Positions 26,453 through 40,607 are shown, counted from the first letter of the stretch. The stretch is 64,000 nucleotides of DNA from Paramecium tetraurelia (GCA_000165425.1 CT867985.1:868001-932000); one strand, 5' to 3'. The notes: generated from the letters alone by a model not told the origin. Made by a program: numbers and translations.

Positions 26453-26542
26453 AATCTCTACTAAATTAATTACATATATATATATATAGATGTTAAAAAT
26501 TTGGGTTGGGTTAGAATATTTTAATGATAAATGAAATCACTT

Positions 26543-27734
26543 TCAGATTTCTTCTCCAGCTGATTATCTTAAAGCTAATTATTCTCTTAAGGTTCTTAAT
26601 TCCTTGTTGACTAATCCGATGGTTTATGAAACAACATCTCTGTCAGAGGTTCTGGCAGATCTGGCGTCTTAGTAATCTTAGACGGCTTCTTCACATTAGG
26701 TGAATCTATCGGTTCTGTCAGCAGAGACGTTTTCAATTCTTTAGTTGGTGGTGTCAAGTGAGGCTTCAACTTAAGCAATGACATCATTCAAAGCAGCCAA
26801 ATCTGATTGAGCGTTAGCAAGTGCAGTTCCGGCAACAGTGATGGAGATGACAATGAAGTTTCTGGATTTCTTGTAAGCTTCAACTCTCTTGTCTTCAGCG
26901 AATCTCAATAAGGACAATGAGTCAGCGATCTTGGCCAACAATTCATCAGCTAAATCGATGATCTTTGAGACGGCTCCGGCATCAGCTAATTATTCGACCT
27001 TTGAGGCGATGGTGGCGAAAGCTTTGAATAATTTGCTGTATCCCTTTCTGTGTTAGAATTTGGCAGCCTTCTTAGCAGATGTGGTGAAATGCTTTTAGAT
27101 CATGCTAGCAACTTCCTTGGTGAATTTGTGAGCTGGTTATTTTGTGGCTTTTCCTTTTTGGATGAAGGATTCGTGTTCGATGTTATCAGCGAAGAGTCTT
27201 CTGGCTTCAGCGATGATAGCTGTGGCTTCTTAGTGTTCTAAGACTTTCTCTTCGAAGTCGGCGTTTTCTTCAGCTCTTTAAGCATCGAGCTCATCCAAAT
27301 CCTTTTAGTATCCCTTGACTTCAGCTTATTTTTAGGCAACTAATCCTTATAAGATTCCTCTTTATGGATATAATTATCCTTCTAATCTAGCTTCTAATTC
27401 GATCTTTCTTCTGTTGGATTCAGCCAAATCCTTATCGAAAGCTGAGATGTCCTAGGAAGGTATAAGAAAAGTTTCTTACGACTGTGCATGCATCTTAGTA
27501 TTCGTGGTTTCTGGCATCGTCTTCCTTTTATTCGGCAACATATCTGTCTTCCAAATCGGTCAAGGTTTAGAGTAATCTGTCCAATGGATCTCCTGTTTAG
27601 AGTTCGAGCCAGATGGTATCAAACAATGTTCTTCCGAATGGTGATTAGTCAATCTTCTTGATTGTAGCAATGACATCAGCTTATGTTGATGAGGCTAACA
27701 CAATGAGTGCTAAGGCAAGGATTATTGTCTTCAT
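26543..27734 (-). CDS. T2: Trichocyst matrix protein T2 precursor
   Basis: MKTIILALALIVLASSTQADVIATIKKIDQSPFGRTLFDTIWLELQTGDPLDRLLQTLTDLEDRYVAEQKEDDA, recognised as the Paramecium T2 family; signal peptide; elevated GC and biased codons; one 28-nt intron. Confidence 0.93.
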
Positions 27735-27991
27735 TTATAATAATATTGAAAATCAAAAAAGTTAGTCGTTTTTATTCCTCAACAAATGACGTCTTATTTT
27801 TGATTAATAATTATGAATTGACTAAGTTTCATTTTAATTAGATATCCCATTTATTCAATATATTTGGGTGTATCCATTATAATAATTCAAATTTCTTTAT
27901 TAAAATTTAGACACGTAAACAAAGTTATATTGGAAATCAAAGTATAAATGTGCGTGTTTTTATTATTATATAGAGAGATGGATTATTAAAA

Positions 27992-29059
27992 TCAAAATAA
28001 TTGAGATTCATTAGAATGCAAAACATTAAAAAAGTCATTGGGAAATCTGCTTTTAGGTACTATTGGTTTGTTTTGCTAAATTTTATTAGTAATTTTAGAA
28101 TATTAAATTCTACTTTATTCATTAAATTTTTTTTTCAATTCCCCCGTTGAAAGAAAGAGCAAATCCAAGATTTTCTCTTTCGTTTGTTGACTTATTTAAT
28201 TTTAATGATTAGCATTCTTTTAGGTACTCTTAAAATTGCTTTAGATCTCATCCTCCTTGAAGAATTAGGAAAATTCATCGTCACAAGGCATTTCTATATG
28301 ATGTTTTGTCGGGAATCTTTGGGATTCATTAAGCTATTGATAGCCAAACTGTCTTTTCAGACTCGCAGAATTCCTATTCTCACAAATACTGCCGATTCTA
28401 TAGGGATCATCTGGTTCAGTCTTTAATATAGATTACTTTTCTTTTGAGTAACCTCTTTGTAATTAATACAGAATTTCCCTTGAATCATCGAAATCTCTCT
28501 TCGCCTTATGTTTAATTGGAGAATGAACTATTTCACTAGGTTCAGTATTAGTTTTTTGAAAAGGAATGTGGTTTGATCTATTTCTGGCCTTCGCTGAATC
28601 ATTTCTCAATCTGATGTTGCTATGCTAACTGAAGCGAATAGTTTTTTTTGGCTGAGTGCCAAGTTCACTGATGTTAGGTTCATCAGACTTGAATCTTCTT
28701 GGTGTTGGCTGCCTCATTTGGATGTTTAGATTTTCAAAGCTTTTAAATTTCGACAAAGATTAATCACACTATTATTGTTGTAATTGAGGCGAAGGCAGCG
28801 ATGGCAAATCCACTTTGTTACTTTTTAAAATCTTCAATCTACATCATAGCTATAATTCATACTAATTGTTCATCCTCTTTAATTGCGGAGAAGTAATACC
28901 TTGAGTGATTATGGGAGCAGGCTTTTTAATATTGGATAATCGATTTTGACTTTTTGATTTTGATTCCTCACTTTATTATTGGCAAAAGCTTTGCTTACTC
29001 GATTGATTTCTATACGATAAGTGATTCACAGGCTTAATGAAGTATGGCTATTACCTCAT
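27992..29059 (-). CDS. Hypothetical S/K/Q-rich protein
   Basis: ATG 29059, intron near 28839-28862, C-terminal ILDLLFLSTGELKKKF...KSRFPNDFF; TGA at 27992-27994. Confidence 0.65.
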
Positions 29060-29303
29060 TGATTAATATAATTTTATGATTGTTAACAAAATAAATGTAT
29101 TTAAATAAAAGGTTTCACAACACTCAATTCTTATTCATTGCTCCTCATTCACATATAATAACTCAAGATCAAATCATTTATATAAAGAAAGTGAACACAA
29201 ATGTTTCTGAGTATTGCATCTCGATTAAGATACATGACCAAGGCTGCTTTATTTAAATACTCACAATAAAACAATTATAATTATAATCGATAAACACAAT
29301 AAT

Positions 29304-32300
29304 TCAGAACTCCTCTTAAGCACAAATTTATTCTAAGGCTTATTTAATTTATTTAGTAAATAACTCCTTGGTAGTACTATTCAAATAGTTGGTCAACGCT
29401 ATCATAATCTATTAAAAATACCTAGGTATCCTTAAGTAATAAACTCCAAAGTCTATTGAGGCAATTGAATTGTATTTCTGTATTCCTAAATCAATTGAAT
29501 AAGTGATTATTGAAACTATCTTAGATTTAAATTCTTACTTCAATTGGATTAAACAAAGAAATGGCAAACAAAATCTCACTATTTGGTGTTGAAAACTTTA
29601 AGATCTTAGGAAATGCAACCATGATTGTAAAGGCTGACGAAAAAATAGATTATAAAACTTATTTGCCTTATGTGAACACTTCCTATGTCTTCTTCTTAAT
29701 CATATCCGTATCCGCTTATTCTCCAACCACTCCTTCTTAAATTAAGAATTGCATCACATTGCAAAGAATACTAGCAATTTATGAGATTTAAAGAGCCTCT
29801 TCATTTATCTGCTCCTCACCCTTAAGTTATTTGAAATTCAATATCTCCTTTAGAGTACCTTCCGATATCATTAATAAATCTAAATAAACATCTGCCCCAC
29901 ATCTATAAGCTAAAGTCTCACTATGTTCAGAGCATATCCCTTCCAAACATTCAAACAAGTACTTTTTATATTTTATTAAGTTTAGGAATAATGGCTTATA
30001 GACAATTATGAACTACAATTATTTTTTGAACAAATTCAAATATGAAGAATCTTAATAGATTACGAAAAATCCCTAATTTATTTATTTAGAGCTTGAAATC
30101 TAGCCCATTACTTTTAACAACTTAGCTGCCATCTTCAAAATCCCATCCTTCACTTGCTAACCTTATTATATGCTAGTTTGAGCTTACAATATCAAATAGT
30201 CAATGGATGTGATAAAGAATGTTGAAGCTTTGCCATAGATTTGATAAAGCAGAATTTGAATATTTTCATTTGACAATCTTGTATTCCTAGCTATATTTGG
30301 ATTTTTTACTTATTTTTAAATATTGCGCACAAAAGAGCTGTCAATCCTAAGGAGGAATCATAGTCTTATACAAATATTTGAGTGTTATCAGTGGACAATA
30401 GAGATGATAAATCAGGAAATCTAATTATACAAATGATCTTACACAATTCTTAAAAATACTCTATAAATACTATCCACTTCTAATTCATCGACCACTCCAA
30501 TCATATCCCACAAATATTTGAGCATATTGACTTTATTTGTTTCATTAGCAATAGATTTTTTTATTTATTTGTAAATATCTACAAGTGCAGGCACATAATC
30601 ATCCAATTAATCATCAACCCAAACTAGGGAAACCAATTTATACACTTGTTTCCTTTTCTTTATATATTGAACTTCATTAAAGCATGTCAAATCCATCTAT
30701 AAGAAAAATTGCTTCAACATACTACTGATAGAACTCTATCTAAAGAATCTTCTATCTAATTATCTCTTTAATCTAAAATTTAACTCAATCAATACTTTTC
30801 ATATGTATATTGTAAGATTATAAAGCTATACTCCACCAAATCTGGATCATGAAATGTAAATATTTAGAAGCTTACATAAAAATCAAAAAAATTACCATTT
30901 TTCTAAACAACCTTCAATAACCACTAAGTAATTTTATTGAACTGAACTGCCATTACCTAAACTCATTTATCTATTAATATATATATATATATAATTACAA
31001 TTGTGATTAAGATATGACTATTTATTAATTTTCATCTAAATATAAACTCTCTATCGTTTAAGATATATATGTTTAGATAAATATTAAAATACTGGTATGG
31101 TACAACTTGCACACATAATTCTATTATTATATTACTTTATTGTTTACATCTGCAGGAATATTTAACTTATTTGTATATACAATTAAGTCGAGTATCGCTT
31201 ATAATAATATACGAGCTTAAGGGTGTCCATCCATTTTATTTTATGAAAATTGAGATTCTCCTCCGCTCAAGAATTCCATTTAAGCTGGACTCAATACAAG
31301 GGCAGATATTAGACACAACAAAGCACTAAATTTTTCTTAATTTCAATAAATTCTTACATAAGGTAATGAGTTGTTCTTAAGGTTGTAATGTTTAAACTTG
31401 CTATAATATTAATATTTTTTACCATTATGGGTAGAGTTTTTAGTAAATCTGAAATCACATTAATACATTCAATTGTATTTTATTGATAGACTTATATGCA
31501 TAAATGAAATCCTTTGTCCAAGAATTTCTTTATTTTTTTAATAGGATAATTGGGAGGAATTTCAGAAAAGGGGTTTCCATTGTAAAATGCATGAATCAGT
31601 AACTTAAAACTCAAATTTACAGAATTTTAAAGTAGTTTAAATTATTGAATATATTGAGAACTATAAATGTTGATTTAAAATAAAAATTGATGCCAAACTT
31701 CCTATAGTTTAATGAAAACACTGTTAGATGATAGTTTTATTCCTTGATTATTTAAGATCAATTGATTTATTCTGTTTAACTAATTTACACATTAATCAAA
31801 CAAGTCCTAAAACTTTTGTAATTTTTTTAAAGTGAAATTCGACTAAGAAATAACAACAAGAAAATTACCACTAATCTTATTGCAAAAGAGCAAACTTCGT
31901 TTGAAAAGTCAGTATTGTTCAAATACAATTCATAATTATTTAGCAAAAAGAGCAAACCGTCCCAAAGAGTTCTTCTTAAAACCTTCTTAAAATTGTGCTT
32001 CTAAAAAAATAAGGACAATCTGGCTGATGCAATTCTTTAGAGATTATTAAGTATTCTAATTGAAATTCCTTAGTCTATAGGATAGAATTCAATTATAGCT
32101 CTGAAATATTCTTTATTCAAATTGTCATCATTAATTATTTAAAAATAAGAATCAGGGAACTATATAAAGTATTTAATTATGTTACATTAATTATAAAGTT
32201 TTCCTTTGAATCATGATCAACGTCAATTTCATAGAAACTTAGGTTGAAATTAAAAGTTAAAAAGGAGTTAAGCAATTAAATTAAGGAATCAGCATATGAT

Positions 32301-33082
32301 TTATCTAATTGATAAATTTGTAAGAAGGTTCCCATTTTCAATTAATTTTGTACAAGTTTATGTGTCTATTCGAGTAAGGTCGATAAGGATTATCTAGATA
32401 AATTATGAATGAATAATAACCTCTGAAATCCCATCATGATTTTTCTAAATTCTAAATAGCCAGTTGCATAATAATATTAGCGAACACAACTCAATAGATT
32501 TTCAAATAATTTGCATCCTAAAGTTAAAATTTAAATATTTTAAGTATAAAAAAATGTGTTTATTAGTTTTTCAACCAATTGTTCTGGTGTAATTATTTCA
32601 GACCAATATTTTCTTAACATATAAGCTAAGGCAAACAAAACTGTGTTTTAAACATAATTCTAATGCTACAAACCCTTTGTAAAATAATTTATCACAATAT
32701 TCAAGTGAGTTGTCACAATTGCTGTAAAATGTTATCTTTCATGACTAAAATATTAAATATTTACTCACCTTTCGTATTCTTCATAACTTTATGATTTTCT
32801 TTACGGATTTTGAAGAACATTTACAAATTTACAACCTGAAGCAATTGCTTTTTGAAGTAATGAGTAAATCACAAAAGTAGTCTCTTACTTACAATCTACT
32901 TCAATAATTGTTTTCAATAATGGCAAATTATTCCAATCCAATATGAATTTTCTCAAATGCTCTAAAATTTATTGATTCTTCTAATAAACATCAAATAGGA
33001 TCAATACCGCAAAATCCCCAGCAGAATATGATTGTAAACAATAATTATGTATTGTTTATTAAAGCGAGGCTGTGTTATTCAT
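29304..33082 (-). CDS. Large HEAT/ARM protein, exportin-7 (RanBP16/17)-like
   Basis: About 3.8-kb multi-intron helical ORF; segments KKRKQVYKLVSLVW, NTRLSNEN...LLYQIYGKAS and C-terminal NYLNSTTKELFTKQI resemble exportin-7. Divergent, so the family call is tentative. Confidence 0.55.
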
Positions 33083-33666
33083 ATTATTAAATAATTAATA
33101 TAAGACAAATAATTGAACAAAAGAATATCAAAAAATAAAAGCCTTATTAAATTATGCCTATAAGCGTTATTTGTGAGTGAAATTCTTAGAGTAACACTAT
33201 TATATCCAAAAGTAATCTTAATTTGGCGGTGTTTTTATATCCAATATAATAAAAATTTAATTTCAACAACCAAATTTACAAAAACTATTTGTAAATAAAA
33301 TATATTTGCCTTTGCAAATATACAATATGTTTCTCTTTACTTGTATTTAATGTGTAAAATCACTATATTAATATTCCTTCACATAATTTAAAATTATGCT
33401 AAGTAGTTTAAAGAATTTATCTTATGAATTTAACAGGAAAATCATATTCATGAATTTACAATTTTCAATTAAATTAAGAAGAATACGACTTCCAAATTCC
33501 ATAGCTAAATTGATTTGCAACACTCAAATATTGACAATGCCTTAATCACATGAATTTTAGGCTACTTTGAATGGGCGGTTAATTGTTTGTGAAGATGATA
33601 AGTTTTTTAAACTATGGGATATATTAATTTATATGTTTATCAATAATTATATTTAAATTTGAAATA

Positions 33667-35656
33667 ATGAACTTGTAATGGAATCCTTATTTCATTCCAA
33701 AAGAAAATATTGCACAGCTTAATGTATCAATCCTTATTAATTAGAATGTATCGTTTATGAGATTTGATGAAAATTCACAATAACCATTATACAATAAATA
33801 GATTCAACTGCATAAAAAAATTTAGATTCAAGTAAATTTAAGTCATAGTTAGCCTACATTCTAACCTGAGTGCATGAAATACAAAAGAAACAAAAAACAA
33901 TAAAGCTGTGTACCATTTTAAATGAATGTGCCTCAATAAACTTCTAATCAGACCTTAACAAAAGTAGCCCAATTGAGTTTAAAACCAATATTCAGCAAAC
34001 CCAAGAGCATCTAATAAAATACATAGAATGAAAATCTTAAAGGGTCAGCTGTTTGGGAAAGAAAGGATTTTCAAAATTAATAAATTACATTTGAGTCATT
34101 CTTAAAGGAACAAAATCTATCTAGAAATAATTCAATCGAGCATAATAGCAATAAATCTCATTTCAAAAAGAATCATCGCCAATACAGTCATGTAGTATAA
34201 GGCAATTCGGGTGCTTATTTTATGATTTCTAATATACCATAAAACAATAACACAAATACTACTAATTCATATTATTCTAATTGTGAAAAGTAATAAGTTA
34301 TAGATAATCATATATAGTTGTAATTCCCATAGAGAAGATCGTAAAGTAGAAAGAATAAACGTTCCCAAATTCTTCATTCCTGAAGACACATCTAATTAGT
34401 TTAGTGAGAGAACAATTAAAAAATAAAGCCCCAATAACCTAATTAAGCATAAAAAAAATACTAGATGTATCTCTATGGGAGAATAGAAGCAGATAGGACT
34501 GACTCTAGAATGTGATGAGTCAAGTATTACTATTATTAGTGATAATGCTAATACTGTCATCCCCAATCCAACAAATTCTAAGAATTATCATACTATAATT
34601 AATGAAAACAATAACCAAAACTCTTAAATAGGCGGATTTTCTTAAGAAACTTTACAAGTTCTGATGCTCTAAGAGATTGAATATGCTCCCAATTGTGATT
34701 ACCTATAATAAGTATAGATTTAAATCACCCCTTTAATGAGAGCAATATTGATGGATTGGATGATTGAAGTTTGTTCTGTGTATCTTATGAAGAGAGACAC
34801 TTATTACTTGGCAGTTGCTTATGTTGATAGTTATCTATCGAAAAAAATAATTACGAAACATGAATTATAATTATTAGGAACTGCTTCTATGCTCATTGCA
34901 TCTAAAATGGAGGTAAATTGTATGATGATTATTTATTCAGGAAGTTGAGGCTAAAAACCCAAAGGATTTTGAAAAGGCTAGTAACTATGGTTATTCTATA
35001 GATTAAATATATGAAATGGAGAAAGAAATTTGCAAAACTCTATAATGGCATTTGAATCTTCCAAACATCAATTTATGGATTGAGTTTTACACAAATCAAT
35101 GGGATAATTATATTTCAGATGATCACAAGAAATTTAGATCCAATAACAGTTCTTCATTTAAAAGTACTGTATTTAGAGATTATCTAAGACATTCTAAAAT
35201 TACAAGGATATATCGATTGTTGCTATCTTGACTTTGAGACTCTTAGTTATTAAACCAGAAAGGTTGTAGCTGCTTTCATGTATCTTGTGTTGGCTGTAGA
35301 GTATGAGTAATTCACAAAAGAATATATATATTATGAAATTCCTAAGACTACAAAATTTATCCTTGCTGATTGTAAATATCTATTATAATCACTAGCTTAG
35401 AAATCATTCAATAAAATATTTACAGAATTTGCATAAATTAGTTTTGGATTCAACCTTGTTGATCTGATTGAAATAATTAAGTACGCTTCTAAATTTATAA
35501 TGTTGGATTTCAAATATAGTGATACTTTTCAAGATAAAATAAGCATTCAAGTATATATATGTTAATATATATACTTAGAGACACGAGGATTTACTTATAT
35601 ATTAAAAATATAATTAAACTGGACTCTCTTTCATTAGATGCAGGCTCTAAAAGTGA
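33667..35656 (+). CDS. Cyclin (A/B/E superfamily; cyclin box most like cyclin E)
   Basis: MRAILMDWMIEVC...KRDTYYLAVAYVDSYL...LQLLGTASMLIASKMEE...EMEKEICKTLQW after a long disordered N-terminus. Confidence 0.9.
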
Positions 35657-35805
35657 TATAAATTTTAATTAATTTTGTTTTATACTCTTATAAATTCAAA
35701 ACCTTATAATGGAAATATTTTTAGATGTCAAAGCCTAGTTAGGATTATTTAAGAATTCTTCCAAAAAATCAATAAATTATAATTATTCTAATCATTATTA
35801 TCGAT

Positions 35806-36713
35806 ATGCAGTCTAATGATCCTAAACTTGGCTTACTTTCTAATTAATCGAACTAGAAATACTCAGACTCACACTAAGAGAATGATGGAGTTGAGTTGTT
35901 AGATTTTGGAGACGATTCAGATCAAATTCAATTTGATGATACAAGTATATACATCAATAATTCAATAGTATGCTAGAATAAGGCTGTAGTGCTGACTAAC
36001 CTTGGTCAAGAACCTATTACAATGGCTAGCTCTAAGACAAGGGATAATTAAAATTAATAGGTAAATCAGAAAATCTAATCTCAAGCATCCCATCCTCTTT
36101 CGTAATAAGTTCCCCAAGTATTTATTATATGGTTATATGTTTATAGTCTCAAATGTAAAATGTTCAAAATTTATCTAATTAAAATTGCTTTTAAACTTTT
36201 TCTAGAGAAGAACGAGAACAACAACCTAATTAAATATCTTAAAATCAAAACCAAAATGTTAATGCAATTAAGTGAATATTTTAAGTTACAATTTAGCTAA
36301 ATACAATCAACATGCATGTTCTGTTAGGTTCCATAAATGATTCCCAAAGATAAAAACGTGTTTATCTGCTACAATTGCTAATAGATTAATAAGTTGATCT
36401 TTGCCTATTTTATCTGTGGTACTTGCAGATTGACTGTAATGTATCAATAGGGAAGTAAATATGTATTCTTATTTAAGTATCCAATCTAATTAACTGTACC
36501 AACTGTTTGACTATGAATTATGTACAGCAACCCAATCTTCCAAACACTCTCTAATAAGCCAAACCTTCAACTCTATAGGTTTAATACGTAGTTCATTAAC
36601 CTTTACCATAATCCACATTGCCTAATTAATAGTAAGGACAAGGCCTTCAATAATAGCAATAAAGAAATCAAGTTTCGGATCTCGAGGCCGAATTTAAGGA
36701 TTTAATTAACTGA
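35806..36713 (+). CDS. Gln-rich protein with two LSD1-type C4 zinc fingers
   Basis: CMFC-x14-CYNC and CGTC-x15-CTNC pairs flanked by Q/P/N-rich regions; several introns. Confidence 0.7.
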
Positions 36714-36828
36714 AATATTATAAATAATTTTAATAAATAATCGTGATATTTAGCTTAATCTTTATAAATTAGCTAGTAAAATTATTGATTTATATGAAAA
36801 TTGCTTATAAAAATTAATTAATTTATAA

Positions 36829-38009
36829 TCAGAATTAACTGAAGGAAAAATCCATCATCTCTTTTTTGTAATGAAAACCAGTTTATTGTATAATAGAATG
36901 TTATAATAGATCTTCTTTGTCAACTCCTTTTAAATTCGGAAAGATTTTGAATAACAGTCTCTTATAATCTTTGGAGTTTGCACAAATATTATGATTACAA
37001 TTAATGAATTCTAAGGATTTATTGATGTGAGTTAATTGATTCAATTGACTAAGCTGATTTGCACTTATGTTAAAGATTTTGAGTGATTTTGTGCTTGAAA
37101 GTGATGAAATTAGATTATTTTAGGCATAAAGTTCTATTAAATTAGGAGGCAAACCCTCTAGATTTTTCAATTGATTTCCAGCAACAGATAGCACTTTTAA
37201 CTCTATGAGTTCTTCCAATTTGAGTTCTTTTATTTGGAGGTTGTTTATGCTCAATGCTTGTAAATTTTTAAATATCATCGAGACTTCTCTTATTTCTTAG
37301 CATCTCTCTTAGAAAGTGAGTATCGAAATATTGAATATTGCTTTATTGACATTATGGAGGACAAGATAAAAGTCTTAGAGAGTAAAATTATGTACACCAT
37401 TTAGAACAATTTCATCTGAATTTGATGTGAGCTGCTTGGTCAATTCCTTAATTAATAATTAGTGAGGTTTCTTTAATTGATGCTATTATTTCTGCTTTGA
37501 AATATATATAGTATAGATACATGTTCTATTTCATTTTCAATGTCGGTGATTTTAGCTAGTAATCTCTTCTGGGCTTCTTGCAAATTCTCTATTTTCATGC
37601 GAGGACTTTTGGATAGTCTTGTAACCTTATAGCTTTATTATGTTTTGATAAGTTTAGTTGGATCATTATAAGATACTCTGATTTCCTATTTGACCTTAGT
37701 GTCACTCAAAGTCAAATCGTTAATAGAATCAGCCAAGGAGTTCACACAAGTGGATAATTAATGATCCTATTAATGTAGATTACCAATTATTTAAAAGAAA
37801 TCGTCATAAGTTAATCGTTTTTTATTGAACTTATAAACTTCTTCGATAACTTCATCCAAAGAGAACAATTCATCCTATGGATTGGGGCAATCTATGATTG
37901 TTTCATCTTTTAATTAATTAATGAGATCGGATATGTTCATGATGCTATTTTTCTGAAATAATTTCTTAATGTGAATAAGCCAATTGAGTTTGGATGAGCA
38001 AATTTCCAT
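36829..38009 (-). CDS. Coiled-coil plus leucine-rich repeat protein with LRRcap
   Basis: LxxLxLxxNxL repeats (LKVLSVAGNQL, LIELYAQNNLI, LKIFNISANQL) and the cap NICANSKDYKRLLFKIFPNLKGVD. Confidence 0.8.
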
Positions 38010-38277
38010 TCCGAGTTTAAATAAAATTAATTAATAACTATCATTTGATTGCAGATAATATTTAGTCATTATCAAGGCAAATTAATAAATATTATGCAAA
38101 CATATTGTTTATTTTTAGAAAATAATTTATCAAATCGAATTTGAGAAAAAGATAAGATAAAAGTATAATAAGAAATAAATTTATATAAAAAAACAAAAAA
38201 AACAAAAATAAAAAAAGAGTAATTCTTTTATACACAATGTAGTGAGCTAAAATTACGAGTAATAGAGGCTTGACTAA

Positions 38278-38658
38278 ATGAAATAGAAGGACTTCTCAAA
38301 AAAAAGGAATAAAAATGGGGATTCTGAAGGATATGTTGGGAAGAGTGAATTCAACAACGGAATTGACTATAAAAAAAATTAGAATACTTATTTAGATGAT
38401 TGTGTTGATAATTATCATAAATAAAAGAAATCAGACAATGAAACTAATTGGTATAATCCAAGGAGGGATAGAGAGCCGAATGGGGAATTATAAGTGGTCT
38501 TGAATGGCAATGTCGTAACAATTTTGAAACAACAAATAAAGACAAACCAAAAGAGATAGAATAGAAAATATAGTGATTAAGAGACTTACGCAATGAGCAA
38601 TAATATTTCAGGTCCTAAATTTAGTGATATTCCATGTCCACAGTTTCTAAACATCTGA
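38278..38658 (+). CDS. Small basic protein with C-terminal PNRC/Edc1-like motif
   Basis: 126-aa intronless ORF ending YAMSNNISGPKFSDIPCPQFLNI*. Confidence 0.6.
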
Positions 38659-38827
38659 GTACATTGAGTCATTAAAAAATTATTGAAATATTTAATCCTG
38701 ATTTCACCATATTAAATTACGACAAGAAGACGACCTTATGAGGATCATCAGATGGAAGTAATAACATTATGAAGGATATTCTTAATTTAGATCCTCTAAT
38801 AATTGTGATGATATAATTAAATTAACT

Positions 38828-40607
38828 ATGTTTTATTTGAGTTTACTATTTGTCATAAATGTGTGTTCTGCGAATTTAGAGATTTTGGAAAATACTGAAT
38901 CCTCTGAAACATTTAGAATTCATCTTGGAGAGCCAAATATCATTTATTCGATGCCGGAGGCTGACGATGCGACATTAATGACATTTTAATAGAATAGTTT
39001 TTGTTAGGTGAAATAATAAACAGTTTAAACTGAAACCTAACAATTTACAATCATATAGTAGGATGACTTTAAAGAGTATTATATGAGAATTGAAATTTAG
39101 CTATGACTTTGAGATGGATACCCCATTAAATTTCCGAGAGTTCATAGGGATGGTACATATAAATGATGGCATGTTGGCAATAACATCAGATGCAGTGGCT
39201 TATTTAATAAAGTTTAACTATGACAATGTTTTATCCAAATAAGGATTTGCAACATATGGAAACTCTGTTGATTTTGCAGGTGTGATTTGGAAAGCCAATC
39301 TCTAACCAATACTGCCATCAATTCAATCAAGAGATGAATTGCCTTAATTGGTGTATTCAAAAAAGAATAATTGGGCCTTTGTATTATATTCAGACAGCGC
39401 CTAATACTTTAGTGTGGCTGAGATGGAGAAAAACGATAAAACTATGTACATCGACTAGATATCCAATTGGATTCAAAGGGAGGAACGAGGATTGACCAAA
39501 GAAATAGATGGATACTTATTTTCTGCAGTTGGTAGGGCTGGAATGGACATCTATGAAATAAGAGAGAATGATGTCATCTATAAGTATACAGTAACATTGC
39601 AGGACTTTAAATTGTAGAAGGAGTAGTTGGAATTAAAGGATTTCGCAATTGTCAAAGTAAAAGATGGATAATATCAATTATACTTACTTGATGTTAAATA
39701 GGGTTTGATTTTAGCCTATATGTTCATCAATTAATAAGGATTCTAATTTGAATTGGTGATTGACGTATAGAGTTAAAAGGGTGGAATAGCTGTGGATACC
39801 AAGAATGGCAAGAACGTATTTGCAGCCTTCGAATAGAATGGAATCTATTTTTACATTGAATATCTAATAAACTTTAGTTAGAAATCATGTTCCATAATAA
39901 CCAAATAGGAAAGCAATTATAGAATAGTTGATGTTGATGCCACAGATGAATTTGCCATCATAAGCGGTGTTAGTCATCATTAGATTGTGTTTAACAATGG
40001 CTACGACTTTCTGGCCCCACATAAGCAAAAGATTATGTTTACATAAATAGGAATGAGAGATTTCCAATTCTTTTAGTACACCTATGAAGAAGGTCTATTA
40101 AAGGCGGCTGTAAAGGATGAATATTAATATGATGATTTCTTCTTTGGAGTCACTGCCAATAACGCTTTTCTTACTAAATTTAAGTTTGTCCCTGCAAGAG
40201 TAGTTTGCTTTGCTGATCATAGTAATTATGATATTAATGGTTAGATGAAAAGGGATCGCTTAATTAATATTATACTTTGAAATTCAATCAATCCCATGTT
40301 GAAAATAACATTGTATCGACCAATAAAGTGATAAGAACAACAAAGAGTTTCACTGTTCAAGTTGTGACAACGTTTTTGTTCGCTTAACAATGGAGATTAA
40401 TTAGAATCTTACTTATTGTATTAGGAGCAATTATCTTCACCTCCTGTAAGTATCACATTATATATTTAAGGCGGAGTTATCATGTATTAATTTAGACAAT
40501 ATAGAATTTAAGAGTAAAATTTGGATGATGAGATTGGTAAACAAAAACCAACATAAAGTGATCAAAGCGTATCAAAACTTAATGATTCCTCAGTCATTAA
40601 CATATGA
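38828..40607 (+). CDS. Type I membrane protein with beta-rich ectodomain
   Basis: Signal peptide MFYLSLLFVINVCSA; beta-strand-rich body; C-terminal TM LIRILLIVLGAIIF and short cytosolic tail. Confidence 0.8.

Noticed and set aside
26500..26512. TTTGGGTTGGGTT telomere-like motif
   Set aside because: Only one perfect Paramecium repeat unit plus an imperfect one, in a 3' intergenic gap; compatible with chance.
30977..30992. (TA)n microsatellites (also near 26474-26488)
   Set aside because: Short and expected in AT-rich introns and spacers.
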